DNA of 64,000 nucleotides from assembly GCA_963702275.1 (NCBI GenBank), contig CAVPCF010000184.1, positions 55,548 through 119,547 on the forward strand, given 5' to 3'. The position numbers and the translations under genes are program-made. The notes below the pieces were generated by a model. That model saw nothing but the letters and a program-made list of their open reading frames with translations, had not been told where the DNA came from and did no database searches. Of this stretch, positions 56,384 to 64,000 are shown piece after piece (positions within the stretch are counted from its first letter, which is position 1; each line of letters starts with the position of its first letter). Origin of the DNA: Candidatus Melainabacteria bacterium. GTDB taxonomy: Bacteria; Actinomycetota; Actinomycetes; Mycobacteriales; Pseudonocardiaceae.

Positions 56384-57002
56384 GTTGGCATCCCCAAAAT
56401 ATGGTCGAATGGAAACGGCCTCGACACACGCCGGAAACAGTCCTCGACGCGTCCGGATCCAGATCGCACGCCACCACGAACACTGGGGTGGCGCAGGCTC
56501 GCGCTTCGTTGCTACGAGACGAATCAGCGAGCGTAAGACGCACGTCCCCGATCGGGCCGGCAGCGAACGCCGCACCGCCTGTCGCTGGTGTCAGGCAACG
56601 GTTCGCTACTGGTCAGCCGCTGTATCGGAGCGGCGCGGGCGTGCGGTGCGACTAGTGTGACCGCACGACAATGGGTGGTCTCTGGAACCAGAAACTGCTG
56701 TCGGCCCACGGGCCGACGCGATTCGAGCAGGGCATGACGCCTCGCCTCCCGGTTGTTGTGCCTGCAATCGAACGGTAAGGCCTTCCCCACGGATCGGCCA
56801 ATGACGAACCGTACTTAGGTGCCGGCCACCAGAATTGGATCGACGGCGTGGGAGACCGTTTCGGCGGCGGGCCGGGCGACAGTTCTGGCGTATACCCGCC
56901 GATGACAAGCCGTCTGCCGGCCTAATCCACCGGCAACGACTTGATCTGCGCACGAGCCGAAATCCGGATCGGCGGCATGGTCACGTCATACGCCAAATGG
57001 AC

Positions 57003-57635
57003 TCAGGTACCCGCCATGCCGTTGCGCACGGCGTGCAGGGCTGCCTGGGTACGGTCCTGCACCCCAAGTTTGCTCAAGATTGCACTGACATGGCTTTTAA
57101 CAGTTTTCTCGGATACCGCGAATACCCGGGCGATCTCACGGTTGGATCTGCCGTGCGCGAGTTCGGCCAGCACCTCGCGTTCCCGCGCGGTCAGCCGCAC
57201 GCCCGCGGACCGGTCGTCGCCGGTGGACAGCAGTCGCGCCACATCTGGATGCAGCAACACATGTCCGGCATGCACGGCGCGGATGGCGGCGACCAGCGCC
57301 GGTGGATCGATGTCCTTGTAGACGTAGCCCGCGGCCCCGGCCCGTACCGCCGGCAGCACGGCGGCGGGCTCGGTGAAACTGGTGATGACCAGCACCCGCG
57401 CCGGATTCCCGGTGCGCCGCAACTCCCGCAGGGCCGCCACGCCGTCGCTGCCGGGCATTCGCAGGTCGAGTAGTATGACGTCGGGCCGGTACTCCTGCGC
57501 GGCTACGACACAGGAGGCGCCGTCCGCGGCCTCGCCCACCACGGTGAGGTCGTCCTGCAGGTCGAGGAACGTGCGGATTCCTTGCCGCACAACGGGGTGG
57601 TCATCCACCACGAGTACCCGGATCGGCTCAGTCAT
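57003..57635 (-). CDS. NarL/FixJ (LuxR-type) response regulator
   Basis: Receiver domain (VLVVDDHPVVRQG...ILLDLRMPGSDG) and a LuxR HTH (LTAREREVLAELAHGRSNREIARVFAVSEKTVKSHV). 8-nt overlap with the kinase gene. Confidence 0.9.
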   Translation of the reverse strand: MTEPIRVLVVDDHPVVRQGIRTFLDLQDDLTVVGEAADGASCVVAAQEYRPDVILLDLRMPGSDGVAALRELRRTGNPARVLVITSFTEPAAVLPAVRAGAAGYVYKDIDPPALVAAIRAVHAGHVLLHPDVARLLSTGDDRSAGVRLTAREREVLAELAHGRSNREIARVFAVSEKTVKSHVSAILSKLGVQDRTQAALHAVRNGMAGT

Positions 57636-58767
57636 TCGTCGGCACCACCAGTCGCACCGTGGCGCCCCTGCCGGGCCGGGAGTCGACGGACAGTCGCCCG
57701 CCAACGGCGTGCGCCCGTTCGCGCATCGACAGCAGGCCAAGGCGTTGCGACGCGGTGGCATGCGGGGCCGCGTCGGCGTCGAAGCCGTCGCCGTCGTCGG
57801 TGATCTCCAGCAGCGCCGTGCCGTCCTGGCCGGCCAACGAGATCCGCACCAGGGTCGGGTTGGCGTGGCGCAGCGCGTTGTGCAGCGCCTCCTGCGCGAT
57901 CCGGTACGCCGCCTCCTGCCGGGCGGCGCTCAGCCCGGCCACCGGCTCGCCCGTGAACCGCACCGACGCGCGATGCACCCGGTCGAGCAGGTCGGCCTGC
58001 TTGCGCAGCGCCACGTCGAGGCCGTCGCCGGCGAGGTCCACCGGCCGCAGCCCGACCATGACGGCCCGCAGTTCGCCGGTGGCCTCCGCCGCCAGTTGCC
58101 GCACCGTGGCCAGTTCCGCGGCGGCGCGGGCCGGGTCGCGCGCCAGCAGGGTGGCCGCGGCGTCGGCGGTCAGGCGCAGGCTGAACAGCTTCTGGGTGAC
58201 CGCGTCGTGCAGCTCGCGCGCGATCCGGTTGCGTTCCTCCATAATGGACAGTTCCCTGCTGCGCTCGTAGAGCCGGGCGTTCACCAGCGCGATCGCGGCG
58301 TGCGTGGCGAGCAGTCGCAGCAGCTCCTGGTCCTGCGCGGTGAAACCACCCGGGGTTTGCTTGTTCGCCAGGAACAGCTCACCCAGGATCTCGTCGCCGT
58401 CGGTGATCGGCATCCCGATGAAGTCGGTCAGCACCGGATGCGCGGCAGGCCACCAGCCGAACCGGGGATGCGCCCTGATGTCTTCCAGCCGCACCGGGTT
58501 CGGGTCGCGCAGCAGCACGCCGAGCAGTCCGTGCTGGCGCGGCACCGGGCCGATCGCGCGCCACTGCTCGTCGGTGAGCCCGTCGGCGAGGAACTCGGCG
58601 AACGAGCCGTTGTCGTCCGGCACGCCGAGCGCGGCGTAGCGGGCGTCGAGCAGCTTCCGGGCCGAGACGAGGATCGTGCCGAGCACCTCGCGCACGGACA
58701 CGCGCGACGCCACCGCGAGTACCGCGGCGCTCACCTCGCGCAACTCCGTGCCGTCGAAGCCGGCCAT
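57628..58767 (-). CDS. GAF-domain sensor histidine kinase (HisKA_3 / NarX-DevS type)
   Basis: GAF-like N-terminus. H-box ARELHDAVTQKLF. HATPase segments (NALRHA, DDGDGF, GLLSMRERA). The start is uncertain (ATG 58767 or an upstream GTG). Confidence 0.85.
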   Translation of the reverse strand: MAGFDGTELREVSAAVLAVASRVSVREVLGTILVSARKLLDARYAALGVPDDNGSFAEFLADGLTDEQWRAIGPVPRQHGLLGVLLRDPNPVRLEDIRAHPRFGWWPAAHPVLTDFIGMPITDGDEILGELFLANKQTPGGFTAQDQELLRLLATHAAIALVNARLYERSRELSIMEERNRIARELHDAVTQKLFSLRLTADAAATLLARDPARAAAELATVRQLAAEATGELRAVMVGLRPVDLAGDGLDVALRKQADLLDRVHRASVRFTGEPVAGLSAARQEAAYRIAQEALHNALRHANPTLVRISLAGQDGTALLEITDDGDGFDADAAPHATASQRLGLLSMRERAHAVGGRLSVDSRPGRGATVRLVVPTND

Positions 58768-58923
58768 ACCCCGAACGGTACCCACGTTCGCGCTGTTCGG
58801 CGGCCTGTACGACAGTCGTAGGTCCAAAGGCCCATACGACGAGCGCCCTGCGCCCGATGAGCCGCCTGCCGGCCGCGCCTAGCGTCGAGATCGTCGATCA
58901 ACTCAGGGAACGGAGGTGGCGGG

Positions 58924-59592
58924 ATGTCCGTCGCCATCATCACCGGGGCGTCCCGCGGCCTCGGCCGCGCGCTGGCCACCGGATTGGCCGGCGCAGGCTG
59001 GCGGCTGGTCATCGACGGCCGCGACCAGGGGGCACTGGCCGAAGTGGGCGTGGCGACCGGTGCCGTGGCCGTGCCCGGCGACGTCACCGACCCGGTCCAC
59101 CGGGCCGACCTCGTCGCCGCTGCGGAGCGACTCGGCGGCGTCGACCTGCTGGTGAACAACGCCGGCATCCTCGGCCCGAGCCCGCAGCCGGTCTTGGCCG
59201 ACTATCCGCTGGGCGCGCTGCGATCGGTCTACGAGGTGAACGTGTTCGCACCGCTGGCATTGGCCCAACTGGTGTTGGGCCAAGCAGGCGCGATCGTCAA
59301 CATCACGTCGGACGCGGCGGTCGAACCGTATCCCGGCTGGGGTGGATACGGCTCGGCCAAGGCGGCGATCGAGCAGGTCAGCCGGGTTCTCGCGGCCGAG
59401 CACCCCGCGGTGCGGGTGTGGGCGGTGGACCCGGGGGACCTGCGGACCCGGATGCACCAGGAGGCGTTTCCCGGCGAGGACATCACCGACCGGCCGCTGC
59501 CGGAGACCGTGGTACCGGCCTTCCTGCGGCTACTGGCCAACCGGCCCGAGTCCGGCCGGATCCGGCTGGCGGACCTGCTGGTGTCGACATGA
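58924..59592 (+). CDS. SDR family oxidoreductase
   Basis: TGASRGLG motif, NNAG and YGSAK catalytic motifs. Confidence 0.85.
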   Translation: MSVAIITGASRGLGRALATGLAGAGWRLVIDGRDQGALAEVGVATGAVAVPGDVTDPVHRADLVAAAERLGGVDLLVNNAGILGPSPQPVLADYPLGALRSVYEVNVFAPLALAQLVLGQAGAIVNITSDAAVEPYPGWGGYGSAKAAIEQVSRVLAAEHPAVRVWAVDPGDLRTRMHQEAFPGEDITDRPLPETVVPAFLRLLANRPESGRIRLADLLVST

Positions 59593-60605
59593 CGGCGCTG
59601 GACTTCGAACTGCCGAGCCGGCTGGAGGCGCACGAGCCGGCCGAAGTACGCGGCCGGTCCCGGTCCGACGTGCGGCTGCTGGTCGGTGCGGGCGACGAGG
59701 TGAGCCATCACCGGTTCACCGCGCTGCCCGGCCTGCTGCGTGCCGGTGACGTGTTGGTGGTGAACACGTCCGCGACCGTGCCGGCCGCCGTGCCGATCCC
59801 CGGCACCGGCCTGACGCTGCACCTGTCCACCCAACAGCCCGACGGCGACTGGCTCGTCGAACTGCGGCGTGACGCGAACAAGGCGACCGTGCCATATCCC
59901 GGCGGCACGCCCGGCCAGCGTTACGCGCTGCCCGGTGGCGCGGAACTTGTTCTGCGGCAACGGTATTCGCGGGAGCGGCTGTGGATCGCCGGATTACGGA
60001 CCGGTGGCTCGGTGCCGGACTTCCTGCACCGGCACGGCATGCCTATCCGGTACGGGTACGTGCCGCGCCGGTGGCCGCTGTCGGCCTACCAGACCGTGTT
60101 CGCGACGCAGCAGGGCAGCGCCGAGATGCCCAGCGCGGGCCGGCCGTTCACCGACCGGCTCGTCACCCTGCTGGTCGCGGCTGGTGTGCAGGTCGCGCCG
60201 CTGCTGCTGCACACCGGCGTGGCATCGCCGGAGGCACACGAACGGCCCTACCCGGAACGGTTCGCGGTGCCGGCGACGACGGCCCGGCTCGTCAACCAGG
60301 CCAGGGCGGCGGGCGGCCGGGTGATCGCGGTCGGCACGACCGTGGTGCGCGCGTTGGAAAGTGCCGTCGACGGGAACGTCGTGCGGGCGGCGGAGGGCTG
60401 GACGGAACTGATCGTGACCCCGGAACGCGGAGTGCGGGCGGTGGACGGGCTGCTCACGGGGTTCCACGAGCCGCGCGCGTCGCACCTGGACCTGCTCGCC
60501 GCGATCGCGCCACCGGCACTGTTGGACCGCTGCTACGCCGCGGCCATCGACGGCGGCTACCTGTGGCACGAGTTCGGCGACGTCAACCTGCTGCTGCCCG
60601 GATAA
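59589..60605 (+). CDS. queA: S-adenosylmethionine:tRNA ribosyltransferase-isomerase-like protein
   Basis: 338 aa, collinear with E. coli QueA as I recall it (DFELP...GDVLVVN...YQTVFA...AGRPFT...LHTG...VIAVGTTVVRALES...TGFHEP.S.L). ATGA overlap with the SDR gene. ORF 58857..60605 is trimmed to ATG 59589. Confidence 0.75.
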   Translation: MTALDFELPSRLEAHEPAEVRGRSRSDVRLLVGAGDEVSHHRFTALPGLLRAGDVLVVNTSATVPAAVPIPGTGLTLHLSTQQPDGDWLVELRRDANKATVPYPGGTPGQRYALPGGAELVLRQRYSRERLWIAGLRTGGSVPDFLHRHGMPIRYGYVPRRWPLSAYQTVFATQQGSAEMPSAGRPFTDRLVTLLVAAGVQVAPLLLHTGVASPEAHERPYPERFAVPATTARLVNQARAAGGRVIAVGTTVVRALESAVDGNVVRAAEGWTELIVTPERGVRAVDGLLTGFHEPRASHLDLLAAIAPPALLDRCYAAAIDGGYLWHEFGDVNLLLPG

Positions 60606-60702
60606 ACCCGTTGCCCGGCCGTTTCGGCGACCGCTACCGCGCACCGCGCCGCTGCGGTCGGAGTACTCGATCCCGGTGCCGGCCCGAGCCGTCAATGCGC
60701 CA

Positions 60703-60743
60703 AGGTGGTCTAGACCTTGACAGGTTTAGTGGTCTAGTCCACT
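60703..60743 (+). promoter_or_regulatory. two DasR-responsive-element (dre)-like boxes upstream of the chitinase gene
   Basis: GGTGGTCTAGACCTT (about 60704-60718) and AGTGGTCTAGTCCACT (60728-60743), compared with the Streptomyces dre consensus A[GC]TGGTCTAGACCA[CG]T. Confidence 0.6.
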
Positions 60744-60774
60744 GTCAAGATAACGAAAGTACCGGGAGGTTCGC

Positions 60775-62441
60775 ATGACGGTACGGGCCCGCCGGCTGGC
60801 TGCCGGCGCCATCGCCATCGCACTGACGTGGGCCGGCGCGGCGACCGCCACCGCCGCGACCACCAACCTGCTCGCCAATCCGGGCTTCGAGTCCGGGCTC
60901 GCCGGCTGGACGTGCACATCGGGCACGGCTGCCGTCACCACCCCCGTGCACGCCGGGTCCACCGCCCTGTCCGGCACACCGGCCGGTCAGGACTTCGCGC
61001 AGTGCTCGCAGGTCGTGTCGGTGGCGCCGAGTTCGTCGTACACGCTGACCGATTTCGTGCAGGGCGGCTACGTCTTCCTCGGCGACATCGGCACCGGCAC
61101 GTCCGACACCAGCACGTTCTCCCAGGGGGCGTCGACCTGGCAGCAGTTGTCCACGTCGTTCACCACCGGCGCGTCGACCAAGACCGTGACGATCTTCGTG
61201 CACGGCTGGTACGGCCAGCCCACGTACTTCGCGGACGACCTGTCGCTGTCCGGCCCGCCCGGAAGTGGCGGCGGTGGCACCACGGTGCCGGCGGCGCCGG
61301 CCGGTCTCGGCGTGACCGGCACGACGTCCTCGTCCGCGTCGCTGTCCTGGAGCGCGTCGACCGGCGCGACCGGCTACAACGTCTACCAGAACGGCACCAA
61401 GGTCAGCTCGGTGACCGGCACGTCGGCGACCGTCGCCGGACTCGCCGCGTCGACCTCGTTCACGTTCGCCGTGACCGCGACCAACAGCGCGGGTGAGTCG
61501 GCCAAGTCGGCTTCGGTCACCGGGACCACGCAAGCTGCTGGCAGCGGGGCGGCACCGCCGGTCCGGAGCCCGGTTTCGGGCCGTACATCGACATCACCCG
61601 GGGCACACCGCTGCTGCAGGACGTGGCAAGGGCGACCGGGCAGAAGTACTTCACGCTCGCGTTCGTCCTCGGCGACAGCACCGGCTGCGACCCGTCCTGG
61701 GGCGGCACGATCGCGTTGACCGATCCCGGCATCATGAGCCAGATCGGCGCTCTGAGGGCGATGGGCGGCGACGTCGCGGTGTCGTTCGGCGGCGCGCAGG
61801 GCCCGTACCTGAACCAGACCTGTGCCAGCCAGGCCGCGCTCACGTCCGCGATCGAGAAGGTCATGGACACGCTCGGCGTGCACCACCTCGACTTCGACAT
61901 CGAGGCGTCGGTGCCGATCGACACCATGAACAAGGCCATCGCGCAGGTGCAGCACGACCGCCCCGGCACGACGGTGCGCTACACGCTGGAGATCCAGGCG
62001 GACAGCTTCGGCCTGACCCCGGCGCTTGGCACGGACGTGCTGAGCAACGCGGTCGCCGACGGCGTCCAGATCGGCATCGTGAACCCGATGCTGATGGACT
62101 TCGGGACCAGCGGCGAGGAGTTCGGCCAGGCCGTCATCCTGGCCGCGCAGAGCACCCTGAAGCAGATGGCCGCGATCTGGCCGAGCCTGAGCACCGCGCA
62201 GCTGGACAAGATGTTCGGCGGCACGGTGATGATCGGCGACAACGACACCGGCCCGGTGTTCAGTCTCGCCGACGCCAGCACGTTCATCAGCTGGGCGAAC
62301 AGCAACCACATCGCGTTCGTGTCGTTCTGGTCGGTCGGCCGGGACAACGGCGGCTGCTCCGGCGGCGTCAGCCCGGCATGCAGCGGGCTGTCCCAGTCGC
62401 AGTACCAGTTCACGTCGATCTTCCGCGGTTTCACCGGATGA
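60775..62441 (+). pseudogene. secreted CBM4_9-like + FN3 + GH18 chitinase, split by an apparent 1-nt frameshift
   Basis: ORF 60775..61719 encodes a signal peptide, a NLLANPGFESG-type CBM and an FN3 module, then runs into Arg-rich junk. The GH18 domain (GPYIDITRGTPLL...HHLDFDIE...) is open in the adjacent frame from 61497 to 62441. The junction is near 61556-61562. Confidence 0.75.
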
Positions 62442-62454
62442 CCTGACCGGGGTG

Positions 62455-62487
62455 GGTGGCTCGCCGGCAGCCAACCGGCGGGCCACC
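62455..62487. terminator. hairpin between the convergent chitinase and ku genes
   Basis: GGTGGCTCGCCGG cagccaa CCGGCGGGCCACC forms a 13-bp stem with one mismatch. Confidence 0.45.
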
Positions 62488-62556
62488 GCCGAACTGAAGC
62501 GTCCTCAGTGGACGAACAGGAAGCGTTGCCCGGCCCGGGTTACCGCGCGGCGACCC

Positions 62557-63366
62557 TCAGCCGCTTTCTTCCCCGGCCGCTTCCCTGGTCTTCTTCGCCG
62601 CCGTGACGCTGGCCATCAGCGCGGACATCAGGTCGGCGGGCTGCTCTTCCGGCTCTGCCGGCTTCGGGGTGAGCTCCCGGCCCTCGATCTTCGCGTCGAT
62701 CAGTTCCTGCAGGGCTTCCTGGTAGTGGTCGTGGTACTTGTCGGGGTCGAACACCGTGTCCGACATCGAGTCGATCAGCGACCCCGCCATGTTCAGTTCC
62801 TGCGGCTTCACCTGCGGTGCCGCGTCGCGCAGGAACGCGAAGTCCGGCTTGCGGACCTCGTCGGGCCACAGCGTGGTGGTCAGCACCAGCACGTCCTGGT
62901 ACACCCGCAGGATCGCGAGGGTCTCCCGCTGCCGCAGCACGACCTGGGCGATCGCGACCTGCCCGGACTTGTGCAGCGCGTCGCGCAGCAGCATGTACGG
63001 CTTGACGGCGATCTTCTGCGGCTCGATGTAGTAGCTGCGGTCGTACACGATCGGGTCGATCGCCTCCAGCGGCACGAACTCGACCACCTCGATGCCGCGC
63101 TGCGATGGCAGCGGCAGGTCGGCGAGGTCGTCGTCGGTGAGGACGATCATCTCGCCCTCCTCGGTCTCGTAGCCCTTGGCGATGTCGGCGTACGGGACCT
63201 CCTCGCCGTCGATCGAGCACACCCGCCGGTACTGGACGCGGCCGCCGTCCTCTCGATGGACCTGCCGGAAGCTGACGTTGTGGCTCTCCGTGGCGGAATA
63301 CAGGTGCACCGGGATGGACACCAGCCCGAAGGCAACCGTGCCCTTCCACATCGACCGCATCACCAT
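62557..63366 (-). CDS. ku: Ku protein (NHEJ DNA end-binding)
   Basis: MRSMWKGTVAFGLVSIPVHLYSAT. GGAGG RBS 7 nt before ATG 63366. The long N-terminal extension of ORF 62557..63996 is rejected. Confidence 0.9.
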   Translation of the reverse strand: MVMRSMWKGTVAFGLVSIPVHLYSATESHNVSFRQVHREDGGRVQYRRVCSIDGEEVPYADIAKGYETEEGEMIVLTDDDLADLPLPSQRGIEVVEFVPLEAIDPIVYDRSYYIEPQKIAVKPYMLLRDALHKSGQVAIAQVVLRQRETLAILRVYQDVLVLTTTLWPDEVRKPDFAFLRDAAPQVKPQELNMAGSLIDSMSDTVFDPDKYHDHYQEALQELIDAKIEGRELTPKPAEPEEQPADLMSALMASVTAAKKTREAAGEESG

Positions 63367-63504
63367 TACCGCACCTCCGGCCCCGTCACAGCACCCCGAC
63401 CATGGGTATTCTCCTATGATCGACGGTACGCTGCGTCGCAGGTCAGCGGCAGTGCCAAGTTTGCTCTCTGCCGGTGGGGCACGTGCGGCGCGAAAGGGTC
63501 GGCG

Positions 63505-64000
63505 GTGGCGACGGTTTCGGTGTCGGTGGACGGCCGGGTACTGCGGCTGTCCAACCTCGACAAGGACCTGTATCCGCAGGTCGGGTTCACCAAGGGCGAG
63601 GTCATCGACTACTACGTCGCGGTCGCCCCCTACCTGCTGCCACGACTGGCCGGCCGGCCGCTCACGTTGCGTCGCTACCCGAACGGCGCTGACGGCGACG
63701 GCTTCTACGAGAAGCACGCCGCCCGGCACGCGCCCAGTTGGATTCGCAGCGTCATGCTGCCCACCCGGCACGCCCAGAGCGACCCGACCGGGCCGACCGA
63801 GACCGAGTACGTGCTGCTGGAGGACCTGCCAGGGCTCGTGTGGGCCGCCAACCTGGCCGCCCTCGAACTGCACGTGCCGCAGTGGACCATGGCCGAGGAC
63901 GGTGGCCGCGGCCTGCCCGACCTGCTGGTGTTCGACCTGGACCCCGGTCCGCCCGCGGACATCGTGGCCTGCTGCCGGGTGGCCGAACTGCTGCACGACG
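63505..64000 (+). CDS. ligD: NHEJ DNA ligase D, polymerase/primase (LigD_Pol) domain, 3'-truncated by the window edge
   Basis: My own translation gives VDGRVLRLSNLDKDLYPQVGFTKGEVIDYYVAVAPYLLPRLAGRPLTLRRYPNG...FYEKH...LVFDLDPG. The frame is open to the window end. Divergent from ku. The GTG start is uncertain. Confidence 0.8.
   Translation, partial: MATVSVSVDGRVLRLSNLDKDLYPQVGFTKGEVIDYYVAVAPYLLPRLAGRPLTLRRYPNGADGDGFYEKHAARHAPSWIRSVMLPTRHAQSDPTGPTETEYVLLEDLPGLVWAANLAALELHVPQWTMAEDGGRGLPDLLVFDLDPGPPADIVACCRVAELLHD

Noticed and set aside
58857-59588. N-terminal 244-aa extension of the QueA-like ORF (ORF 58857..60605).
   Set aside because: The extension is Arg/Pro/Gly-rich junk that overlaps the well-supported SDR gene in another frame. 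The QueA-like sequence begins at ATG 59589, with ATGA coupling.
63367-63996. N-terminal extension of the Ku ORF (479-aa ORF 62557..63996).
   Set aside because: The Ku homology and the RBS begin at 63366. The extension is antisense to the LigD coding frame.

Overview
This window looks like a high-GC actinomycete chromosome segment. Supporting marks are a mycothiol-type DinB/MDMPI enzyme, an MMPL transporter, DasR-type operators, Ku/LigD, Tat signals, frequent GTG/TTG starts and ATGA/GTGA-coupled genes. I support about 60 coding regions, and many long six-frame ORFs are antisense or off-frame artefacts of the GC content. Most of the window is ordinary metabolic and regulatory content:
- Transporters: MFS, MMPL, ABC-2 and APC.
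- Regulators: TetR, LysR, MerR, ArsR and LuxR.
- A P450-ferredoxin pair, and a GH65 phosphorylase with a beta-phosphoglucomutase-like HAD enzyme.
- The kbl-tdh pair.
- Two two-component modules.
- Secreted enzymes: a GH64-like glucanase, an M28 peptidase and a PQQ-type sugar dehydrogenase.
- A GS-like/permease/amidohydrolase cluster.
- A three-gene type III PKS operon.
- A Ku/LigD NHEJ locus.

Four things stand out:
1. A roughly 1-kb gene-free gap at 47.7-48.7 kb holds a nested palindrome. Its 208-bp inverted arms differ at only 2 positions. Each arm contains a ~125-nt extended hairpin, and the arms enclose head-to-head arrays of 61-63-nt units. The palindrome is contiguous with a ~140-nt element that has a second copy at 29.3 kb. 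It abuts a lower-GC, translationally coupled orphan gene pair (65 aa + 168 aa).
2. An accessory islet at 20.7-25.1 kb contains an IS1380-family element. Removing the element plus one CAG copy rejoins the two halves of a small gene in frame. The islet also has a 42-bp tandem-repeat gene with a frame discontinuity.
3. A CBM-FN3-GH18 chitinase is split by an apparent 1-nt deletion, although two DasR-type boxes upstream are intact.
4. Several palindromic operator candidates can be read directly from the sequence.

I found no rRNA gene, no convincing tRNA gene and no CRISPR array. All homology calls come from motif recognition by eye, not from database searches.
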